DNA of 64,000 nucleotides, taken from contig OZ287694.1 of assembly GCA_965649825.1 (NCBI GenBank), positions 62,001-126,000 of the forward strand, read 5' to 3'. The position numbers were made by a program, and so were the translations under genes. Position 1 is the stretch's first letter; every line of letters starts with the position of its first letter. Below the pieces are notes generated by a model that saw only the letters and a list, made by a program, of their open reading frames with translations, had not been told where the DNA came from and searched no databases. This document shows, piece after piece, positions 42,455 through 51,000 of this stretch. The DNA comes from Penicillus capitatus. Lineage: Eukaryota > Plantae > Chlorophyta.

Positions 42455-44437
42455 ATGGAAAGGTCGCGAGGACGCCTTGCGCGGCGCGAGCATTCGCTTT
42501 CGCTGTTAACGAGGAAAGAAATGGACAAGGGAGCGACGGACAAAGGGCGTCGCCATATCCGACGCCTTGCACTGAACACCATCATCGCCCTCGTCTTCAG
42601 CGTCATCATCTACGCCGTTTCGCGTTTCGACCTGACTCAAGTACACAGTCTCGATGCTAAGCTCTCGCGTGGAGGACGCTTTCGTGGGCTTTGCCAGGAG
42701 GCATACGCGTCGACCAACTCCGTCTATCAGACGTCCAAGACATCCAAGGTCGCCAAGCGTGTGCACTCCGCGGACCGACGCACCGGTCTTTTCATTTTCT
42801 AGGTTGCTTTTATGTTCCTCTGTCGTGGAAGGATTGAGAATGAACCGGTCTGGGCCGCCTTTTTTGAAGCAGCAGGTATCCTGCCTGCTGTCTAGATCCA
42901 GACATATCGCACGGACATTTTTTTCGACTGGCAGGGAGATTGCAATTTCGTTATCCGCCGCCGGATCGCCCTTACATCAGCTACGTCACCCAGACGGGCA
43001 AAGAGTTTTTCAAACGCGTGAACAGCGTAAGGATGCATCCCTGCCTCGATCGCTTGCCCAGAGCTGCCGCCTTAGGCACCAAAACGTCGACCGCTTTCGG
43101 TGGAGAGCACGGACGATGGGATCTCGTGCGTTCGAGAGAACGAATACCTACCGGAGGAAGTTGCTCGATACCTCGCAGGTGCATCGATCTCACTCTTTTG
43201 CGCCGCCTTAAAAGCCAAGTGTGACCAGACGTCAAGCGTCCGTGGGAGATTCTTCAAAACCAAGAACTGTTCTCCGTTTACACGCATCCGGGAAAGACAT
43301 TCGTCTTTCCTGCCGACAGCCTCTTCTTCAGAACAGAGGTCAAGGAGCGTGTGGATACGAAGGACGCGTGGGCGACCTTTCGTCTTGTCGAGGCTGAAGT
43401 CGCTCTGTTGCGTGGCGCCTTGGAAGACAAGCGCAATCAGTGAGCACCTGTCCTGTCCTTGTACATAACGGGAGGATGGCGTTGCCGACAGAAAATTCGT
43501 GCTGCTGTCCGATTCCTGTCTGCCGTTCCACAGACCCGAAGTGATCTACCTGCAGCTCATGTCCGAAACCAAGAGCCGTGTGGACTCCTGTACGGCTGAG
43601 GGCGAGAAGATTATGATCCATCGGTGATGACGCCGGCGGCTCACTGGCGGCGCGCACCGAGGAGGTCTATCTGTGTCTAGATGGGACAAGGGCTTGGCCA
43701 GCGATTACATCAGCAAAGATAAATGGAGGAAGAGTTGGCAATGGTTTTGCCTGAAGCGTTCCCACGCCGAAGTCGTGGCCAAAGATCGACATGTCTACCA
43801 ACGTTTCGAGGAGAACTGCGTGTGGAAGCGCACAGTATGTGTGCCTGACGAGCATTACCTGCCGACGGCACTCGCTGTCTACGGACTGGACAACGAGGTT
43901 TTACACATGCACGTATCGGCACGGCATCGAGACACTTGTCTCTAGACGGACTGCATCGGCGAAGTGACGCATATGGAGTGGAAGCAAGTGAGTGCGTGGC
44001 ATCCGAATACGTTTACACCGGAGCAGATCCGAGAAGGCCTGTTCGAAAAGTGATCGATAGATGTCACACTTGAGTGACCTGACCGCTCCCCTGTGTCGCA
44101 GATTGAGAAACGAGACGTTCTGCCCGTCGCGAAGAGCGCTGATCTCGACCGATCGTATTTTTTATCACCGTCCAGGTCCAAAGAGCTGTTCCCCTTTCGA
44201 TGCCACCCAATCGACGATCGACGCGCCGCCTGAAGATGCCGACGACTGGGTACGGCAGATGAAATGATCATTTGGGAATGGATAGACGGTTATGGTTGGT
44301 AGATCGTTAAGAGTGGCTATCGTCCCATTGGTTACACGTGCAAACTCTTCGCCCGGAAGTTTTCAAAGAAGACGGTGAAGGTCACCCTGGAAGCGGCCCT
44401 CTCCTGTGAAGGCGGCGGATTGGGATACTGGTGCTGA
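42455..44437 (+). CDS. Core-2/I-branching-like glycosyltransferase (DUF266/BC10 type)
   Basis: Type II membrane anchor, KVAFMFL, QWFCLKRSHAE, CVPDEHYLPTAL and LFARKF. Confidence 0.85.
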
Positions 44438-45020
44438 GCCGCCAGATGGGGTGCAGAGCATAAGTCGAGAGGGTAAGATGGCTGCGGCTGGAGCTTTTGA
44501 GACGCTGGTCCATGATCGTTGCCACATAGCGATTGCTGTTCTTTTCCTTGGCGTTAGCCTCTTTTCTTGGGAGATCGATTGTATTTGTGACCGACGTTGA
44601 ATAGATGCAGCACAACGGGTTGCTTCAATAGAACGCGTGTGCGTCTTAGGCGGTGGCGGTGGCGGCGGTGGCGGCGCTGTTAGAAGACGTCTGTCGAAAT
44701 CGTCATCATGATTTAAAACTGTCAGCCGTTGTCTGTTGTCACTCTCTATCGCGTCAGCCGATCTCTCCACGACTGATCTGAAACGCGCTAGTAAAAACAT
44801 CGAACAAATCTACAGCATCGCACATCCGAGTAGTGACGTGTTTTATTACGATACACACAGATCACACGATCGGAAAAAAAAACCTGGACGATCAAAGAGG
44901 CTTTCTAGCAGACGTCGAGGAGCAACGAAGATGAGGACAGACAAAGGTAACGAACGTCAAAGACTTGATGTAGCTTGTCGCTTGGCGGACGGCCAGCCAG
45001 TATTGGCGGCTTTGTCCCGG

Positions 45021-48000
45021 TCAGATGAATTTTTCTCCGTCTTTCGAAATCGAGTTTCGCCAGTTGAGCCACCCGTCCATATCTCCCGGAGTGAAATTTC
45101 CTAAACTACAGCTGACGGATCGCGTCTTCCATATCCCGGCCATGTCCTGTTCGTAGAGCGGCTTCAAAAGCGTCGGCGAATCGACGTCGAGATGCACCAC
45201 CTACACATACCACCCAAGGCTCGGCGTTACAGACTGCCCACCTCCAAACGCACCGCGGTGTCTGGCGTGCACTCTTTCCATGTCGGCTTGAATCGCCCGT
45301 CGTAGTCTGGATTGTCCATACGATCGGCGAGCAGTATCCCGACCATCGCATCTTCAATCCCTTTCATCCGCGTGTGCCACTGAGGCGCATCTGTGGGATG
45401 GTATGTCCACCAACGGACCTTCTTCATGGCGTGGAAGACATTGTCGCGCGATACGAGATAACTCCATCCCGGTGCATAGCCCACACCCTCGATGCGTTTC
45501 TGCGTCTCCGCGCTGATCTCGTCATAGCTAAAGTACCATTTGGACGTGGGATCGCGCACCATTTCGAATCCATTGGGATTTGCCATACATCCCTTGTACA
45601 CGTACTGCATATACGCGCCGAAGGGTGGATTCGTCACCGTCCCGATGACCTTGGGCACGCGGACGTAGACGTCGTCGTCTGCCTTCATCATATGGGTGTA
45701 GATTTCGGGATCGGCCAGAACGTATTGCATCATTCCGAGCGTCTTATTCGACAGGCCGTTGTAACTGTCGTCGCCTCTCAGAATCACAATATCGTCATGC
45801 TCACGCATCTCCATCTCCAAGCGCTTCAGCATCGATGCGCTGCAGTTGACTAAACGGACAGACAGGGTGCGTTGAGGCAGGGAGACAGGGAGACGACCTT
45901 GATTGCCGACGAAGAATTTGATCTCCACGTGCGTTTCGATACTGAGGCCTTCCCGCATCCATGTCTGTCGAATCGCGTGGCGCCGCCTTCGACTCGTCTC
46001 GCTGCAGACGGCGGTGGTCACAGCAACAAACAACCGCACCTCTTCCCTCGTGTTTCTCCCCGCTTCGATATCTATCACCACGAAAGCGTTGGTCTGGATG
46101 ACTCGTGGGTCCGTTCCCTACCAGAGAGCTCTTTCATTTCCATCTTATCGAAATTAACATCTTCGGCAGAGGTCCACAGATAATCGGCACGGAAGGTATC
46201 TTGGAAGGGAACCATGTTTCCTGAACGGACAGGCACTCTATGAGAATAGAAACGCAGAGATGCGATGGTCCTTACCAGGAACAGCGAATTCGACCATGAC
46301 ATTTTTGTCCTTCGTCTCTGGCTCGTGTGTCGTCGCTTTTCGATAGAGCCAGTCGCCGGGAGAAGAAACGTGTCCCGACGAGCGCGCGGCTTGGAACGCA
46401 GGAGAGTTGTATCGACTCGCTGCTGCGTTCAGTCCCTGAGAACGACGCCTGAGACGATGCAAGCGACTGGCGGCGGACGTTGTCGCGTAGGTTTTTAGAT
46501 GGAAACAATTTTAAAGGTGGGCGCACGTAGACCTGTGAAACGTAAAGTCTTACAAACGAAAGACGAGATCTGTACATCGACAACGCTTTTATAGGGTACT
46601 TTATTTAAGGAACAAAGAAGGAATATTCTGAGAAGATTCCGGAATCTACTTGGAATCTGTGACGTAGAGCCGCGGGTCTATTTGTGGATGGGAAGTTATA
46701 GAGAACCTACGACCTGTCACTTGGAGATCGACACAAGTGTAAGTAGATGAGCGCATTATCGTGAGCGCTACGCCTTAACACGACATGGGCCCACCTATCT
46801 TCTGTCTAATCTCCGAAGGAAGTCACGATGGACATTGTGCAGCGTCGAACCATTGGGCATACGGATATCCCAACGGTGGTCACTATGTTCCTTTACTACC
46901 ACACAAGGATAGACCCATTTGGAGTATAGTTTGGAGTCGAGGCGGTCGGCCAACTTTGAGTTGTACCACGAGACCTCTGCTCCCACTTCCATGGAACGGT
47001 TCTTGACTTTCTTGTGGTGTCTTGTCTTATTTTGCTGGTGTGCCTTGATTATTCGTTGATATGCTAGTCCTCGGTCGGTGTCTAACTGTTGTGGACTAGT
47101 TGTCGTGCCGTTCCGTTGTGTGCCAGTCAGAAGGTATTGTGGACAGAACAGAGTCGTACTATGGATCGTTCGGTTGATCTCATGCACGCTCGTGCTCACA
47201 TGTGTCGTCCAATCACCTCCCTTTTCCGCCCATATCCTCCGAAGTCGATTTACGAGGTTTCGGTTGAACGCCTCGACAGTGCCCGCACTTTTGTGGGAAT
47301 AGGTTGGCGTATGTAGCAGATCTATTCCGTGCTGTGCGCAGGTACTCTCGAAGCTCCTGGCAATGAAGGCGCTTCCGTTGTCGCATAGGATTCTTTGTGG
47401 AGCCCCAAAGTTTCGTGCCCATTCGAGTACCAGCTTAATAGCCTGTGCTGCCGAGCACGTCTTACATGGGCGCCCCACGCCAAACTTAGTGAAAGCGTCG
47501 ATCCCGGTAGCGATATACCGAAACCCGTGGCTGCCACGGTTCAGCGGTCCTATGAAGTCTAGACACAGTGTGTGGTTCGGGGATGGACTGTCAATCATAC
47601 CCAAGTCCACCTCCGACCGTGGGTTGCGAAACATTTGGCACGTCTCGCAGTTATTGACGTAATCTCGCACGTCATTGAAGTCGTTCGTCCAGCGGGTTCC
47701 GTCGGACCGCAGGTTCAGGAATGTCTTCTTGACCCCGAAGTGGCCTGCATGAGCCTTTTTGATGAGCTCGGTCCGTTCGTCCGGAGTGAGGGATACGGAG
47801 TTTACCTGATATCCCTGTTGCTTCTTCTTGGTGTGAAATTCGACAGGTGCGTTGTCTCTCCATCGGCTGAGAAGATCCGCTATCACGTTGTCCTTCCCCT
47901 CTACAAAACAGAAGTGGAGACGATCATGGGAAAAGTGGTGCCGGAGCCAGCAATGCTGTCTCTGGATCCGGAGGTCCTTGAACTTGTGCAGGAATGTGGG

Positions 48001-51000
48001 CTCCTTGAGCCAATTGACCGTAGCCATGTTGTCGGAGTAAACGAATACCTCCGTCTGCTTGATCACAAAGTAACATTCCTTCAAGGCCCGTACTATTCCC
48101 ATCAATTCTCCCAGAAAACTTCCGACCCTCTGTTTCGTCGTGAAGGATCCAAAGAGAACAGGTTGCAAGGTCGAGTTAAGCAATACGTATCCGAACTGGT
48201 TGAGTGGGTTACCACACCAATCCGTATACAGATGGAATGGCCCCCTTCTTTCCAACGTCAGTCGGTACGTACTGATGCATAGAGATTGAACTGCGTCCTT
48301 GTAGATCTCGTCAGCTTTGGTGTAGTCATTGTGTTCGCGCTTCAGGAATGGCTTGAGCCGCGTAACGATCGCGTCGTATTTGTAACAGTACTGTGCCAGT
48401 TGCTGGCACAGACCCATGGCCTTCTGAACGTCGTGACGTGATGTGATTGTCGGCAACTTCTGGAGTATGGCCTGGGCCCTGTGGTAGGGGTTTAGCGTCC
48501 CGGCACTCAGCTCAGTACCCAGAAAGCTCACCGACGTCTCAAACCAGTCACACTTTTGGCAGTTGATCGTCAGGCCATATTCGTCGAAACGTTTCAATAA
48601 AAGCTTGGTCTTGTCGAGGAGTTCCTCCTCGGTTTCGCCGCCGATCAATATGTCATCAAAGTATCGGACCACATCCAACCCTTGTAGGATGTGGGTCATG
48701 CGGTTATTAAAAAGCTCCGGACTGACGTTGACGCCCTGCGGCAGTCTCCGAAAGCCGTACGTCACGCCGTTCCAATGGAGTGCAAAGAAAAGCGAAATAC
48801 TGTCATCGATGGGGATGGAGCCGTAGCCGTGAACAATGTCCACGATGGTGTATACGGTCCACTTGGGATCCACCTTCTGGATGATGTTGGACACCGGAAT
48901 GATGGTCCCCCCTTGCGTCCCTTCGAGGTACGTGTTGATGTCGCGGAAGTCAATGGTGGGCCGGATCTTGCCATTCGGTTTGCGTATAAAGTTCAAAGGT
49001 GCTACGACGGCGTGTATTGCCTCGGCAACAGACAACGGTCGTATGACACCCTCCTTGTTTAGCGAATCGATCTCTTTTGAGATCTCTTCGTTGGTGAGAT
49101 CCGAGACGTAGTTCTCCCTCCAGCATGGCTTAGGCTCGCCGTGCCAACAAAGATCCCTGTCGCGGACCCTGATGTCCCACAGCCTACTGGTCGTCGGGCG
49201 AATGGTGTCCGAAAAGACCAGGGGAAATTCTTCTCTTAGCCGAGCCACTATCGCATCCTTGTCGATTGGTGTAGTGATGCTCATGATATTGACACGTTTG
49301 GTCTTTATTCGCAGCGGGTACTCTGTCCCATCAACATCGACGATGGATTCCACGTCACCCTTGGCACAGCACAATCGCATCTTGCTGGTGATATGCTGTG
49401 GAACATCGGATTGGTTGAAGATTACCACACTGATCTGACCATTCGTGCGTACCTTGACCTTGCAGAAAATGTTTTTATTGTGGGTGCAGTCAAAGAATGC
49501 AGTCCAGGTTGTTGTTTCCGAGAACTTGAAAGGTAAGATGATACGGCGACTCCGAAAGGGTCCTAACACAAAACTTCTCCCTGCCATGAAGACGATCCAG
49601 CCGTTTTGCTTGAATGGGAATAGCTCCCGGTCAATGGATTCTGTGACTTGGAGTGGTGAAGGTGTTAGTCTTTCTTCTTGTCTATTTGGCGGTGTCTCGT
49701 CGTTCCAGTTCGATTTCACTAGTACCAGGCGTTTCACGTGCGGCTTCTGTTGTGCGTCATGCGCCTGCTGAAAAACAGGCTGGTCCCTCAGTTTTTTGAA
49801 ACAGAAACGTTGTGGATGAGTATTTTGTTACCTTTGTCGTCATAGACTGCATCCTCCTCGCAGTTGAGCTGCAACTTGAATGCCTGAAGGGCCTGCATTC
49901 CCAGAATCGGGCGTTGGACACCTTCACAGACGACAAATGGTATCTCGGCGCTCTGTTTCCCGAGGGTGCACAACAAAGAGATCTCGCCACTCGTCTTGGT
50001 CGTCTTGTTGTTAAAGCTGGTCACGTCCCGAACTTTCGACGACCTTAGGACCAAGTTGTGTTTCCTCGCCAGCTTCGCTGGAAGGACATTCGTTTGCGCA
50101 CCGGTATCCAGCAGGCAAGAGATCTTTCCGGCAATGTCCTCCATGTTGAGTGGGACATTGTACTGTAACATCCTTCGAGACTCTTGGCGCTGTACCGGAT
50201 TCGTCTGTGCCACGGTCCTTGATTCTGGTGCCTTTGGAGTTTTCGTGACCGTGGGGCAGTCCTTCCAGGAGTGGCCTTTCTGACCGCATCTTTCGCAGGT
50301 GTGCCCGACGTCTTGACGCATGTTCTTCCGGCTATCCGCCCTGGCGTGTCCTCGACTGTTCTGTTCCTGTTCCAGACACTCGTCGATGATCAGTTGCACA
50401 CGCGGCCAATTCTCTGCATTTCCCCATGGCAACCCACGCAGGCGTGACTGGATGTGTGCATTCGCGATGTTGAAGATCCGCTCAGTCGCTGTAGCGTACT
50501 TGAGTGGGTCTTGTACCAACTCAAGTAGCTTCGACATTCTTCGTGCGAACTGAGACAGATTCTCCTTTCGTTTGGGCAACAGCGTGTGCACGTCCTTCAT
50601 GGAGGGTCCCTTCTCGTTGTGTCTTGTGGGTGCGTGACTCACTGGTGTGCGTGGGGTTGCGGCATCCTTTTCCTGACGCTTTTGTCCCTCTTGCTGCCGT
50701 CGCGTGGCCTTTCGAACGTCGGGTGACAATTCAGGGTGATGCTGCTCACAGCTAACCTGCTGAATTCGTGTCCGATCCTCGACTGCTTCTAATCGTTGCC
50801 CGATACTGGTAAAGCTCGCTTCAAGACTTGCCTCCATTCTCCCTTGTCTATTGACAAGTCTCCTTTCGAGGTCTTCGGCGCGTCTCATGAGCTCCTCTTG
50901 CATTGCCTGTATACCTTCCATCAGGGATTGTATTAAGCCTCCTTGTTCAGTGTCTCGACGGGTCTCTGGTAACGGATCTGGGTGGATTTCAGTCACTATA

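Noticed and set aside
44363-45104. Poly-Pro ORF (minus) and 122-aa ORF (plus) between the GT genes
   Set aside because: They overlap the ends of neighbouring genes and are driven by a GGC microsatellite; no family signal.
46786-46900. A separate env ORF or a chromodomain after integrase
   Set aside because: The pol stop lies within the PPT, leaving no room. The C-terminus shows only a GPY/F-like segment.
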